From NCBI RefSeq assembly GCF_021028975.2, contig NC_059429.1:78740001-78804000 (forward strand): DNA of 64,000 nt, read 5' to 3'. The translations under genes were made by a program, and so were the position numbers. Positions 49,643-62,286 of the stretch are shown piece after piece (position 1 is the stretch's first letter; each line of letters opens with the position of its first letter). A model generated the notes under the pieces. The model did not search any database. It saw only the letters and a list, made by a program, of their open reading frames with translations, and was not told where the DNA came from. This DNA is from Sphaerodactylus townsendi (lineage: Eukaryota).

Positions 49643-49812
49643 GAGAATGCTGCTAGAACACGGCCATACAACCCGGAAAACACACAGCACCCCAGTGATT
49701 CCGGCCATGAAAGCCTTCGACAATATACAGCTATCTTAGTTTTGTAGATTACACTGAGAGACACCCCAAAGAGTCCGGACATTACAGACATGCGAACAGT
49801 GAGATCTCTTAC

Positions 49813-49897
49813 CTCTTCTGCCTCATTCTCATCTGTCTCATCTGCTTCATTTTCTTGCTGTAGCTTCAACTTCTTCTTAAAACCTTCCTTCTCTGGG
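49813..49897 (-). CDS. KIF21B: KIF21B exon ~12 (SPEKEGFKKK...NEAEE)
   Basis: cctatag|C ... GAG|gtaaga; 85 nt, phase 2 to 0. Confidence 0.92.
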
Positions 49898-50439
49898 CTA
49901 TAGGAAGGAAAGGACATTTAAGCAATTCTTTATTTTTATTCCACCTTTTGGCTACAAAAGCAGGGTCCCCCAGTGGACCTAACAAAATTATTTCTACCAT
50001 TAAAATATCTTTCCAAACCATTTAGAGTTATTGAGCAAGACATTATTCCATGGGAATGATGGGAACACGATTGTATTTGCATCTGAAGACTATGGTTCCC
50101 TTTGGCTCATTAACAAACTCTTTGCCCACAGATATTCTCACAAGCCTTTTGCAAGAAAAGCCTATGTAATAGACACCAGCTCTGCATAAGGCAAGAAAAA
50201 AAATGAAGGCATGGAATTACAGAAAAGGAACACATTGCAATGTAATGCAAGCCTTTACTGGCAGATAGCAAAGGAACATATTATTTAAAATCATGAGTGC
50301 TGCATCACAGGAATTGGGTGGAAAGTGAGAAAGCTGAAGAGCAGAAACATTTCTGTACTGCTCAGAAGTTCTAAGTCATCCCATCCTAGAAATGCAGGTA
50401 AAACTGGAAAGAATGATGATCAAACACTACATGAAAACA

Positions 50440-51154
50440 AAGTAGTGTATCTACGGGGGGCGGGGTGGGGGGTGTGTGTCTCAAGCCCCAGGCACCACTT
50501 CTTGGGGCTGCTTTTGCAGCTGCGTCCCCCCCAACTGCACCCCAATTGGGAACACCATTTGGGGGCGCAGTTGAAGACTGGTGAGCAGGGCTCACCCAGT
50601 TCGCAACTGCCACATGGAGACTTTGAATGGGCCAGTCAGGCTTGCCCTGCCCCCATCTCCATGTGGAGGTTGGATGTGCCACACCCAATCTTCACATGGA
50701 GATGGAGCAGCAAGGGTCTGTTTGAGCCTGGCTAAGGTTAAGCTTACACCCAGCTCTGGCAGCCTGCACCTTAGAGCTAGATCCAAGCTTGGCCTCAGTC
50801 AAGCTCAGACTGAAGCCAGTAGCTGTCTAACCCTCCAGCTTTATACTGTTGGCTCAGCCCCCAAGCTCTATCTGACTGGGGGTGGATCTTGGGGTTGGAG
50901 TCAACAGTATGAAGTTAGAGGCTCCAGAGCAGCTGGCTTCAGTCTGAGTGTGGCTGGGGCCAGGCTGAAACAGGCCCCTACTGCTCCCCCCACTCTCCAC
51001 ATGGAGGTCAGGTCCATGCCCAACCTCCTTGTGGAGGGGAGGTGACCCCTGCTTGCCAGACTTCAACTGCGTCCCACTCAATGAGGGTGGGGTGCAGCAT
51101 GGTGTGTGGCACCTGGGCTCGTCCTGGGCACTGTTTTAGGTAGATATGCCCCTG
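50440..51154. mobile_element. Old GC-rich hAT-like non-autonomous element
   Basis: Right end gtagatatgcccctg, degraded left end gtagtgtatctac; internal inverted segments 50561-50597 / 51041-51075; no clear TSD. Confidence 0.5.
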
Positions 51155-51169
51155 TTATGCTATTTTTAC

Positions 51170-51391
51170 CTTTTCCTTTGCTGTTTAGTCTCTTTTTTCA
51201 GCCTTTCTAGGTCCTGCTTGGCACACTGGAGCACTTCAGACACCTCTGCTTCAACAGAGGTGACAGAGCTATTTGGAGTTCCCAGACCTGGCCCCGGAGA
51301 TAAACCCAAGGGATAGGGAAGCCTGGAAGAAACCCGAGACAGGCTGCGACGTAGTGACTCATTCATAGCTTCGCTCTCCAAAAGTTTTGTC
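51170..51391 (-). CDS. KIF21B: KIF21B exon ~11 ([15 protein letters not shown]...KQQRK)
   Basis: tgatag|G ... AAAG|gtaaaa; 222 nt, phase 2 to 2. Confidence 0.92.
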
Positions 51392-51767
51392 CTATCAAAA
51401 AGATAAAGACCACAGTTACCTGAGAACATCACTCTGTACTGAGGCACTACTGTATAAACAGAGGTACTAACAGCTTGCTCATAATCATATAAAGCAGTCA
51501 ATCTGATGCTATCATTTCAGCCTCAACTCCTATAGCGAGCATATTAGCAGATAAAGTAAATCAGGTTTCTTCATTTAGTGTGTGAAATTCTGCAGCAGAA
51601 TATTCTACCACCATTTTGTAGACCCTGGAGCAGATTACTGCAGGTACTGGAAATGTGAGCAAGTGGAGAACAGGCACTGAGGATAGAACTTGCTAAGACA
51701 GGAATTGTTGGATGAGTGACTGGAAAGAATATCACTGCTCCCAAATCCACTAATAATAATAAGAAAA

Positions 51768-52005
51768 TAAGAAGAGTTTGGATTTATACTCTGCCTTTCT
51801 CTCCTGTAAGGAGTCTCAAAGGAACTTGCAAGCTCCTCTCTCTGCTTCCCACAACAGATACCTTGTGAGGTAAGTGGCACTGAGAGAGTTAGAAACAAAT
51901 CAAGTTTATTAGCAAAGAGTCCGCCACTCATCTGGAAGAGTGGGAAATCAAACTCAGTTCTCTAGACCAGAGTCCACTGCTCTTAACCGCTCATACCACG
52001 CTGGC
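51768..52005 (-). mobile_element. Squam3-like SINE (diverged)
   Basis: Reverse complement homology to 63381-63690. Confidence 0.72.
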
Positions 52006-52555
52006 TGACAACTGAGTATCCCCTGTCTCAAGTATCATCTGAGCTCCCAGCTGGGGAAAAATTCTGAAGAAAACCTGTAAAAACTGCCAAAAGTCTTGTA
52101 TTCAGAGGACTGCAGAATGCTCTCAACTCTGCCTCCTGGTGCTTACAGGAGATACCAGCCAGCCCACTCACTGCAGTTTTTCTGCTTGTGTAAGCACCAC
52201 TCTTTACATCACAAGCATGTGGATGGTAAAACTGAGAGGGTTCAGTCTCTAAAGCTGTTTTCCACCAGCTTTATTCTCATTCTGCACCAACTTTATTCTA
52301 CTTTCATTAGATCCTTAAAAATGTGAACAGCTCTTTTTTTTGTCATTAATTACTCCATTACCTCATCTTCACTTGATGGGGATGCAGATTGTTTTTAAGT
52401 TATACAAAGGCTTGTTTCAAGGAGTGCTCTCTCCCTGTCTTGTTGTTCAACATTTTACAGAACTCAGGAAAAGGGAAAAGACGTGCCCAAGCTGGATTTA
52501 GGCAGAACATCCTAGACATTAAAAGTAATAGTGCTAGCCAACAGTACAAGACAAA

Positions 52556-52692
52556 GGCCCCTTCTACACATGAAGAATAATGCACTTTCCACTTTCAATG
52601 CACTTTGCAGCAGTGCAGAATAGCAAAGTCCACTTGCAAACAATTATGAAAGTGAATTGAAAGTGAATTATTCTGCATGTGCGGAAGGGGCC
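52556..52692. mobile_element. PIF/Harbinger-like MITE
   Basis: Homologous to 33424-33564 and 41686-41826; GGCCCCTTC / GAAGGGGCC termini. Confidence 0.78.
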
Positions 52693-53685
52693 TAAATGAG
52701 ATAATACTATCCATGAGGATTAGATGGAGGATGCAAAGAATGCTGAAACTTTCCTCTAGTTGTATTTTTTCCCCACAGGGAAGAAATTAAAACAGAATAA
52801 TACAGATCTTTGAGCCTGATCATAATGCTTATATGAAAACAGCCTCCTTCCCCCCAAAACAATTAAGATAAAAAGAAGAAAAGTTGCTACATTTGATATA
52901 TCCAGGCTATTTGCTAATACTTCAAGTTATTCTACACCTGAATCTATAGGCCAGCTGATTTACAGTGCCCTGCTAAGCTCAGTTTTAATGTTTAAGACCA
53001 CTGAAATCAATGGGTTTGGAAGAGTGTAAGGATGGCAGTGCTAGTGCTATTATGCTTACCCCAGCAAGAGGATAACAATTCAAAACCCACCCTCATACAG
53101 GCACATTAATAGAGAATATGTTACCTTTAAAAGACCAAAAAGACATAAGACATACCTATCTCTAACACTATTTGGAACTGAGAGGTTCCTTTGAAGTAAA
53201 ATAACAGAAAAATGAAAAAGTTGGACATGATCATGCTGCATCTAAGTCCCACTGATTTCAAATGGTGATAGCGTTAAGCACACTTTCACATGCCAATGCA
53301 GATTAAAGGGGGAAGTGATTGCTTAGGTGATGTCCATTATTAGCAACAATGAAGCAAATTTTGAAAGCACATGGGACAAACACTGAACAACATTCACAGC
53401 TACTGAGCTGTAACTGTTCCATGAGGAAGGATCTTTCTGTAACCCAGCAGAACTTCAGTTGGGAAGCACCATATATGAAATGTGAAACACAATACGGATT
53501 ACTGCTTCATAATCGTCACAGTCTAAATATTATGGTACGTAAAAAGCAGGAAGCCACAGAGAGGAAAAGGAACTGGTGCATAATTTCACAGAAAGTCAGC
53601 AGAGTTGGAGCTACAACTTAAAGGCCCCTGACTACACAGATTTCTTCTCAAGCATCCATAAAAAGGGAGAAAAAAATTTACTCAC

Positions 53686-53749
53686 CTGAGCTCCTCAATT
53701 TCTCGGATATAGTTCTGGATCAGAGCGCCAATAGCCTCATTGCCATCAC
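53686..53749 (-). CDS. KIF21B: KIF21B exon ~10 ([22 protein letters not shown])
   Basis: ctgtag|GT ... CAG|gtgagt; 64 nt, phase 1 to 2. Confidence 0.93.
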
Positions 53750-55755
53750 CTACAGAAACGAAGAAGTAAAAACACCAAGTGTAACAATGTAAAATCTAAG
53801 AAGTAAGTCAAGAGAATTCAGACACTCACTGCCATTCGCTGTTGAAACTCGTTGAGTGAGTTTTGAAAGCAGCGTTTTTGCGTCGCTTGAGGGGAGTGAG
53901 CGAACAGCGCCCCAGGGACAGTGTTTTTACCGTCCCTAGGGCGCTGTTTTCCACCTGTGTGGAAACAGCCTTAGATTTAGCTTTAATTGTAATTGTAAAG
54001 TTGTTCATATTAAATGTTTGTTTTCATGAATGTTGTTATCCTCCTGAAGAAATTTCACATTTATTTAGTAAGCCACAAGGCTGCTGTCATTTTACTGAAT
54101 TTCCCCCCAAGTCCCCAACAGAGACTAATGTAGCCAGGGATCTGCTGGGTTACACAAGCACTTTCCCCTGTGGCAGTAAAAGCAGCCTGGGGCGGTAATT
54201 TTTGAAATAGAAAGAGATCTCCCTCATCCCTATCTCCTCATTGTTCCCCCTAATGAAATCAGAACTCCTGCAATTGAATCAGGGAAAACTATCAAGGAAC
54301 TGTACATAACATAACTAAATATAATATATAGTTATTTCACTCCCCAAAGAAAATGATAGATACGAGATCAGGAAAAAAATCCTACAGTAAATTCTTTGCA
54401 GTGTGGAAACACAGTAACTTGTTGAGGATTAAGATTTGCAGATAGCACCTCACTTTCCCCTGGATCTTCTCTGTACTACTTGCCCTTTTCCTTCTCCTGG
54501 CAACCCCCATATCCTCATCTTTCCTTTCTTCCTTCCCACGCACCAACTAACTTACTCTTTATCTGCTCTTCATCTTCAGCAATATTATTTGCTTCATTTA
54601 TACTCCGTCTTTCTTTCCAGTGAGGACCCAAAGCAGCTTATACCATTCTTCTCTACTCCATTTTATTCATTTTATCTGTGAGTTATGTATGACTGGCCCA
54701 AGGTTATGCACTTTTTATACAGCAGAATGGAGATTCGAACTTCGGACTCCCAGATCCTACTCTGAAACTCTAGCTACTTCACCACACTAGCTTTCATGCA
54801 GTGGATGCTATTGAACAGTAGCAAAAAGTCAGTCCTAGATGAATTATGCAAGTCATGTGATATCAAGTCACCAGTAGTTGCTGGCAGGTCCTCCCTCAAA
54901 GCTCAAAGCAGTCCTCCCTCAAAGCTCAAAACCACCTGAGAAAGGGCCCTGCCCACTCCCCTTTTATTGACAGAAACCAAGACTTGAAGGCTGGCAATAT
55001 TGTTGTAGCACTGCTTCTGTTTTTAGGAGCTTTTACCCTCCAATGTATTTTTATTTCAAATTTTTCCGCAAAGTTGGAGCTTATCTTAGGTTTGTAGAAA
55101 GGACTATCTTGTTTGTTCAAGGCTCTGATCTCTAGATTTAAGTATCCACAGATTTGGCTGCATTGCTATACTCTGTCTCAGAAAAAGAAGTTAGTAGGGT
55201 TGCACATTCCTCCGCCACAGAACTCAACATGTTGGACTTTTTTGTTGTAGAATGCTCTGCCTGAGTCCTAGTACCCACCTGTTTGCAAAAGGGAAGTATT
55301 AGTGATAGTCGTTCATTGAACTATAAATGGCCTTGTATCAAAGTACCATGCTCAATAATATACAAAATAACGGTTTTGACAAAGGCAGCATGTAAAAATG
55401 AATGATAATTCTCATATTCGTTAGGGACTATATTCTATTATGGAAGCATACAATTTTTTCGACTGCTGAACCTCAACTGAACATACTAACATCTTTATCT
55501 GAGACAGAGTATAATTACATACAGTAATGTTCTATACAACAACTGCACAACGCAGGATCAAGAACTTCCATTGCATTCAGAAGGTATTTAAAAGTATTCC
55601 TCAGCTTTTGATGGCAAAACAATATGACTGAGGTCTTAGAACATAAAGCTATTACTGTGACTTCAGAATTCTACAGCTTTGACTGCACATTAGGTAGTGA
55701 ATGTTGGTGAAGAAAGTCAACTGGAAATCCCAACCAGTTCCTCCCTCAATCTCAC

Positions 55756-55945
55756 CTGCATTGGCAAGAATCAGGTTGGCCTCCTGGCTCATTAGATGGG
55801 TAACCCTGACATTGATGGCATCAATGGCCTCTTGCATGGCCTTCACCCGCATGCGTAAGGTGGTGTTCTCCTTCTGCAGCATAGCATTCTCATGAAACAA
55901 GTCACTGTATCCTTCAGAGCCATCCTCTCCAATGACACGCTTGCC
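55756..55945 (-). CDS. KIF21B: KIF21B exon ~9 (GKRVIGEDG...LILANA)
   Basis: gcaaag|GGC ... GCAG|gtgaga; 190 nt, phase 0 to 1. Confidence 0.93.
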
Positions 55946-57090
55946 CTTTGCACAGAGAAGTGAAAGACACTGCAGTGACAAATACTAATGATACATCATT
56001 TTATAAAATATTTCTTTAAGACTGGAAGATTCTGAATTATACATCTAATTTATATCTTGACTTTTTCAGCATCAAGTCCTCAGAACAGGTTACTGCACTT
56101 TAAAATACAGGAAAACCTAAACACATTTAAAAAAAAGATTAAGATGAACACTTAACAACACCATGATAAGCATAACCATCAGTAAAAGAAAACTATATAT
56201 TAACTTAAATTATAAACAATGTAAAAATAAAACAATTCTTATTGCATTTCTAAAACAGCCAACAGAACAGATTTCCCTTGGGAGAGAGATAACTTCATCC
56301 CTCATGGTGCAAGACATTATTTGTGTAAACAGGTGACTCTCTTCACCTCTAGACTGTGATTCAGTAGGAGCATAGGGAAAAAGTACATGCCAATGATGCC
56401 TCAAGATTCAGCTTTCTAAGATGTTGAATTGTAATTAGTAAAATAATTAAAAGCAAGTTTTTAGCCCTTGTGTCTATGACAATATGTTAGAAAGCAATGC
56501 ATGCTCAGAAAGTACACTGAACAACCCTTTTAGTAGTATTTGTCCATCTTGTAACTAACAAAACCAGAATAAACTTTGCAATATACTATAGCGGTTAGTA
56601 ATTGGAAAACTTTGGTTCAAAATTCCATTCTGCCACAAAAACTTCACTCAGTCACTCTCAGCCTAACCTACTTTGCAGCATTGTTGTGAGATTAAAAAGG
56701 GGAAGAAATAACTGCACATCCCACCCTGAGCAATCTGAAGGAAAAACAGGTCTAAAAAGTGATAGAGAAGGTCAGGATTATCTACATTTTGTTAAATTGT
56801 CTCAATTTATATACTAATGGCAGAGTCTAGCTGTTCTTGGTACAGCATTTAGATAATTTGAACACAACATTTTATTTTAAGTGCGTACAGTTTTGTCTAC
56901 AGCACAACGTAGCTTTTATAGGTCGAAAAGAAGAATGGACTTTGCTAGGATTCATGTCCACGGCAGCAGACTGTACAGTGCTGTGTTCAGAATTACTGTT
57001 GGTCATTGCTGATGACTCCCTCCCCATTTCTTAGAACATGAACAGAGATTAAATGATTGACCTCTGCCCTTTAGGCTAAGAGAGACTTTG

Positions 57091-57586
57091 GGCCCACTGC
57101 ACACTGGCCAATAAAGCCAGGCTGGGGGCAGTATAAACATTGTTTGGGCCAGGAACTTTGCACAGTTCCCGTCCTAACCATGACTCTAAACCACCCCTAA
57201 CATGTGGCATTGGCCTCAGAGCAGGTTATACGAAAATCGCTCAATGAGCAATTACTTTGTTTTATTGCGAAGCACAGCGAACATCTGTGGCTGTCAGCCG
57301 CTTTCAACAGACAAATCGCTCATTGAGCGATTCTTGTACAACCCCCTCCCCAGATCCCATTCACAGAGCCACCAGGGGGAAAGTGGTCGTCCTATGGCCC
57401 AGGGATGAGGCGGGAGGCAGCATGGAAGGAAACCACGGATGAGCCTCCGTACAAAGATGCATCTGTGGGCCCAGGCAGCCGCAAGGCTGCTTGCATGAGA
57501 GTGTGTGAACTGTCCCAGGGCTCCACCAGAGTCAAGTATCCTGGTGCTGGTGTGACCCCGCCTCCCCAGCCTGTGCGGAATGGGCC
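57091..57586. mobile_element. PIF/Harbinger-like non-autonomous element
   Basis: 3-bp TSD TTG; termini GGCCCAC / TGGGCC; ends resemble 41196-41668. Confidence 0.68.
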
Positions 57587-57758
57587 TTGACCGTGCCCTG
57601 AATCAGTTGCAGAGATGGAATTGTCTGCGAAAAGAAAAATATGCAAATAAGGAAGAAGCCACCTGTGGGAATATGGAAACTGCTTCTGGTGCTGAAGGTT
57701 TGTGGTTCAGTTTCTAGCAAAGACAAGGCATCAGTATAATACTTGGATTTCCTCTTAC

Positions 57759-57954
57759 CGCCTTGTACTCCATGAGTTCCATCTGGAGGCGGGCAATTTC
57801 AGCTCGTAGGGCACTGATTTGCTGACTTGTCTTATCCTGATTCACCACCACTTTGTTTTTGATGTTGCGAGCACGATTGGCATACTTTAAGGTATTCAGG
57901 GTCTCCATAAAATCTCGGTCTGAAGGGCTCACACAGGCAATCATTACGGTTTGG
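57759..57954 (-). CDS. KIF21B: KIF21B exon ~8 ([11 protein letters not shown]...[12 protein letters not shown]...MEYKA)
   Basis: ttatag|C ... GCG|gtaaga; 196 nt, phase 2 to 0. Confidence 0.95.
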
Positions 57955-58456
57955 CTATAAAGGAGGGAGAGCACACAGAGGTCAGATTGCTGGTCTTCAT
58001 GCTCTTCCATTTTTCTCCAAAATACTATCATCATTTTGTGGGCAAGCCATTTCTAACACTGGCTTCTACCAAGATGCAATTTGGCAGCCAAAGTCCAAGA
58101 CTTCACAGTGTCACTGTTTGCTGAAAAGTACATGTGGGAATAAAGAAACATACATCAGAAGCAGATAAGCAGAGTTCAGGCTGACAACCTGGAACTGGGA
58201 AAAAAGCAGGGATCATGATGATCACATGCTGGGAGGGTCGGCTGCCAAGTCCCAAATAAAAAACAGCTTTGGACTATTATGTAAGCACCAGATCTGCAGA
58301 AGCCAGTAATTGCATTTTGAGCTTGAAAGGGGTGGGGGAGCCCAGGACTTATGCTTAAAATTATATTACTTGGAACTATGCTGGAGTGTAACTGCAGGGT
58401 CTCTAATTAAGTAAGCCCCTGCTCACAGGGTGTCACTCATAACACACTATCTAGAC

Positions 58457-59717
58457 CAGGAGTCGGCAACCTTTAACACCCAAATAGCCATTTGGACCTG
58501 TTTTCCACGGAAAACAAAACACTTGGAGCCACAAATACTTTTTGACATCTAAAATGAAGATAACACTGCATATATTCTCATGCAGGGAGAAGTTCCCTTC
58601 TTTGGGGCCCATTTTTACCCATCAAAGCAAAAGGGGGGGGGGGGGTTTAAAAGCCTGTTGTTTTGTACGTGATTCAAATGACCAGCAATAGAACCCCCAT
58701 TTCACACATTTCTCTTTTCTTGTGTTGAAAGACACTGATTATGCCCCCCCAAAAGAAACCCCTCAACTTCCACTTGGATGGTGGATCAAAATTGGTGTCT
58801 TTAATGGGGTTGTCAAACCCCCCCCCCCCCCCCCCCCGAGAAAATGTTTGCCATGGAGGGTGGACGCGACAGCCATATTCCTCACTGAGCTTGGCCCCCG
58901 CCCTGGTCCCAAAAGCCACAGCTTTTGAGAATCTACCCCCAAATGTCCTGGGTTTGCCCGCCGGGAGTTGGCAACCTGTGACAACCATGGCTGAGGATGA
59001 TCCCGGCCTTCCTCCCTTCCACGATCTACAAGCTTACCCTCCACTGGCTTACTCTGAAGTAAACCTTCCAAGATCCACGTGCAAGGCTTTCCCCATGTGC
59101 TCCTGCCCTCCCTGGCAATGCAGAAGCAAACAATTCCCACCCACCCCGCCTCCCCATCAAACACCCCCAATGAGTGCAACCTTGCAGGGCTGCAGGTAAT
59201 AACTCCTTTAAAACCTGACATCGTATTTCTCATCTGGACTCAGGCAGGCTGCCATCCGCCAGGAAAGCCCCTGGAGCTCAGTGAGACTGCTGGGGTCCCC
59301 CATGTGGTCCCGCCCCCCAAGAAGGACCCGGGGGAGGGAGAAATGAGGCCACCCAAGCAGGGTCGACTCCTGACCCCCCATTCAAGGGGGGCGGACTGAG
59401 GTTAGGATTGTGCTGAAAATCTGCGCTCCTGCAACTCTCTCCCATTTCCCGCCCTTCACCGCTCACCTGTTCAAGAGGATCCACCAGTGGTGCTACACCC
59501 CCACTCCATCATCACCGGCATCAGCCAACCAGGCAGCTGGGACAGGGAAGCTGGAAGTGGCTTGGGATAGCTGTCTTGGGCTGTGCCTCTCTAGGAACGG
59601 GGACCCTTTCCCATTAACCCTTAGGGCGACTCTCCGAAGGAGGCTGAGAGGACCCAAGCCACGTGGAGCCACAGTGCAAGGATAAAAGAGCTCCGGAGCT
59701 GCGGGTTGCAGACCCTG
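58457..59717. mobile_element. Non-autonomous hAT (Charlie-like) element, 1261 bp
   Basis: 8-bp TSD ATCTAGAC (58449-58456; 59718-59725); TIRs CAGGAGTCGGCAACC / CAGGGTCTGCAACC; no transposase. Confidence 0.88.
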
Positions 59718-59800
59718 ATCTAGACCACTCTCTCATCTGCAACTTCTAATGCCTGCTACCCCATACAAGCACTTCTGTGATTTTAAACATCATTACATTA

Positions 59801-59920
<120 letters not shown>

Positions 59921-61388
59921 TCAAAGGAATGGGCAAGTCAGTACATAAGATGGGAAACAACCCCTGTCCACTTAATGTTGGTACAAGGCAATCTTCACAG
60001 AAAGGTTGCCTCAGCTCCAAACTTCCATTTTTGAAATAATGACACAACTCTGCACAGATGAGACAGAAGCCTGGATTGCTTTGGAAATGGATTTTCTTTG
60101 CTTAGGACAAGATCAGGCTAGTAAAAGCCAACCTCCCATCACAAGGATATGCTATATCTTAAATATGAGAGAAAACTTTCTATACCACTGTTAGTGAATG
60201 ACAATTCATAAGATTCACTAACACATCCAATCAACTCTCTATGATTATGGAGAAAATCTTAAACAATGAAAGCAGGGTTTGTTAAAATACACTAGAATCT
60301 TTGTCATGATGTTTCCAATGGACAGCAATGGTAGTGGTTTTGGTTTTTACGAATCAATGGATACTCGCCACTATTTATTTTTTCTCAGTCTATCAATCCT
60401 CAATACACTGTCAATGCCATTCTCCCTTCTATATTTTATTGTTTCACTATTTTGAAACCAAGACAGAATAATCCCAATGTTTCATTCTCAGGATATTCAT
60501 GAATAAACTGTTAGCACATTTGCTGATGCTGAAAGGTGGATGTCCAGCAGGAAGACACAGTCAATCCCATATTCCTAAAACAAACATACTTGAATGACAT
60601 ATGTGTTTGCAAGTCTGTAGAATTTACACTTTATTTCTACACATTCACCTAGAGAGGAATGATTATATAGGAAATGGTCCTTGGCTCAAATGTCAGTGCC
60701 TCCGAGTGGCGGTCAAATTGTAGTCCCATTTCAATATTTATGCCCAGATCAAATATCTTTACTGCAAGTTGCTTCAGACAGAACCCTGCCCACTAGCAAC
60801 AACACACATTTGCACACAAATAATCCCATTCCATACAGACTGCATGCTACAGAAGAGCTCAATGTTCAGGCTGCATTAAGGGAGATAATTTATAAACCAT
60901 GATTTGATCAAACTAACATTAGTTTTGACCTTTGAATGCAAACGGTCCAACGTTCTGGAGCTTGTTGTTTTGTAGCATGCTGGGACTTCAAACTATGGTT
61001 TGTTGTACGGCTTGTTCCAGATAGTTTATTGTATATCTGAATTCACAAACCAGTTTATTGAGTAACACTGCCCCCCCCCCACCCCCCAGCCAGCTGGCTA
61101 TAGAGAAAGTGGTATAAGGACACTAGAACTAGAAGCAAGAAGCTGACAAATTGGGATTTGCTGCTTACTCCGGATAAACTAGCCAAAGTTTGTTGCATGA
61201 GTCATGGTTCAATTTGACTATGGTTTATCATGACCTTTGAATGTAAATGCATTGCTTAGATCAAGTCAGACTTAAAAACACAAAGCAGTGGAGATGGGAA
61301 CTAGTCAGTCAGAATACTAAGGGTTATGGTACCTGCCCTCATTCCCAATTCTGACCCATCTCTATAATGAAGGCCCCAAGGGCTATAC

Positions 61389-61556
61389 CAAGCCACAGTT
61401 GATGGAGATCCCTTCTTTGGCTCTCTCGCCTGTAGCTCCGGTCCGTTTCAACCTCTCTGAGCCGGCCAGGTCAACAAAGTGGAACTTGGCAGTTCGTGTC
61501 TCATACTCACTGGTAGGTTGAGATCCCTCAAGGAGACTGTTTGTGTCTCCATTCAC
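61389..61556 (-). CDS. KIF21B: KIF21B exon ~6, motor switch II (VNGDT...[34 protein letters not shown])
   Basis: ttctag|GTG ... TTG|gtatag; 168 nt. Confidence 0.95.
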
Positions 61557-61876
61557 CTAGAATCCAAACCAAAAACCAGTATCATGAATTTTGCCACAAT
61601 TTGACTGTAATGCACAAGCGGTAGTTTTGCCACAGATTAGAAAGTGTGAGCACAGAATTCTTACCCACGCCCGTCTTTAAAGTTTGTGAAGTGAATTCCT
61701 AATCTGAACGAATAGGAAACCTTGACAAGCTCTCGCATTCTAGTAAAAATTAAATAAACAAACCTACAAACACCCAAAGGTGATTGTCTCAAATTTCTCA
61801 CTGTTTCATCATTTCCTGAGAGTCTTCCACTCCTCACAAATAAATGAGAGAACATAATCCTCTGTAATGCCCTTAC

Positions 61877-62011
61877 CAAGTGTACAGGAGAGCACACTCG
61901 CATTTGGCAAAGATAGATGGTGAAGATCGCATGGGAACGAGAACTCTGGACATTCATCTGAGTGCTGGCTGTGGTTCGGGATAGAGCTCCTTGCTTCAGG
62001 CACTGAATCAG
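61877..62011 (-). CDS. KIF21B: KIF21B exon ~5, motor switch I (LIQCLKQG...[13 protein letters not shown]...VHL)
   Basis: ttgcag|CTG ... TTG|gtaagg; 135 nt. Confidence 0.95.
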
Positions 62012-62286
62012 CTGCAATGACAGAAGGGATGTGTTTTTTGCCCATGTGCAAAGCAAGACACGCATAAATGCAAACCACTACCCCACCCAGACACAGGACG
62101 TCTCTAGGCAGGAAGCAATCAAAGGGATTAAAATGCCAGGCAACTACTATGCAGATGCCCTCACTAATTGATTATGCAACTTCATTGTTACTTTCATATG
62201 CTAAAATGGGTGGATTCCACTCAATGCATGCAAATCACACTGGCTAATTGCACCCTTTACACTTGTTAACCAATGCAAATGATTAT

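Larger units (their letters stand above)
49455..49725. mobile_element. Penelope-like element terminal fragment in inverted arrangement, carrying two hammerhead motifs
   Basis: Arms 49455-49560 and 49582-49692 are reverse complements; flanked by imperfect duplication tatagctgtcttag (49441-49454) / tacagctatcttag (49726-49739). Confidence 0.78.

Noticed and set aside
58674-59685. Several 90-156 aa ORFs
   Set aside because: Inside the GC-rich hAT element; low-complexity Pro/Gly translations across homopolymer runs
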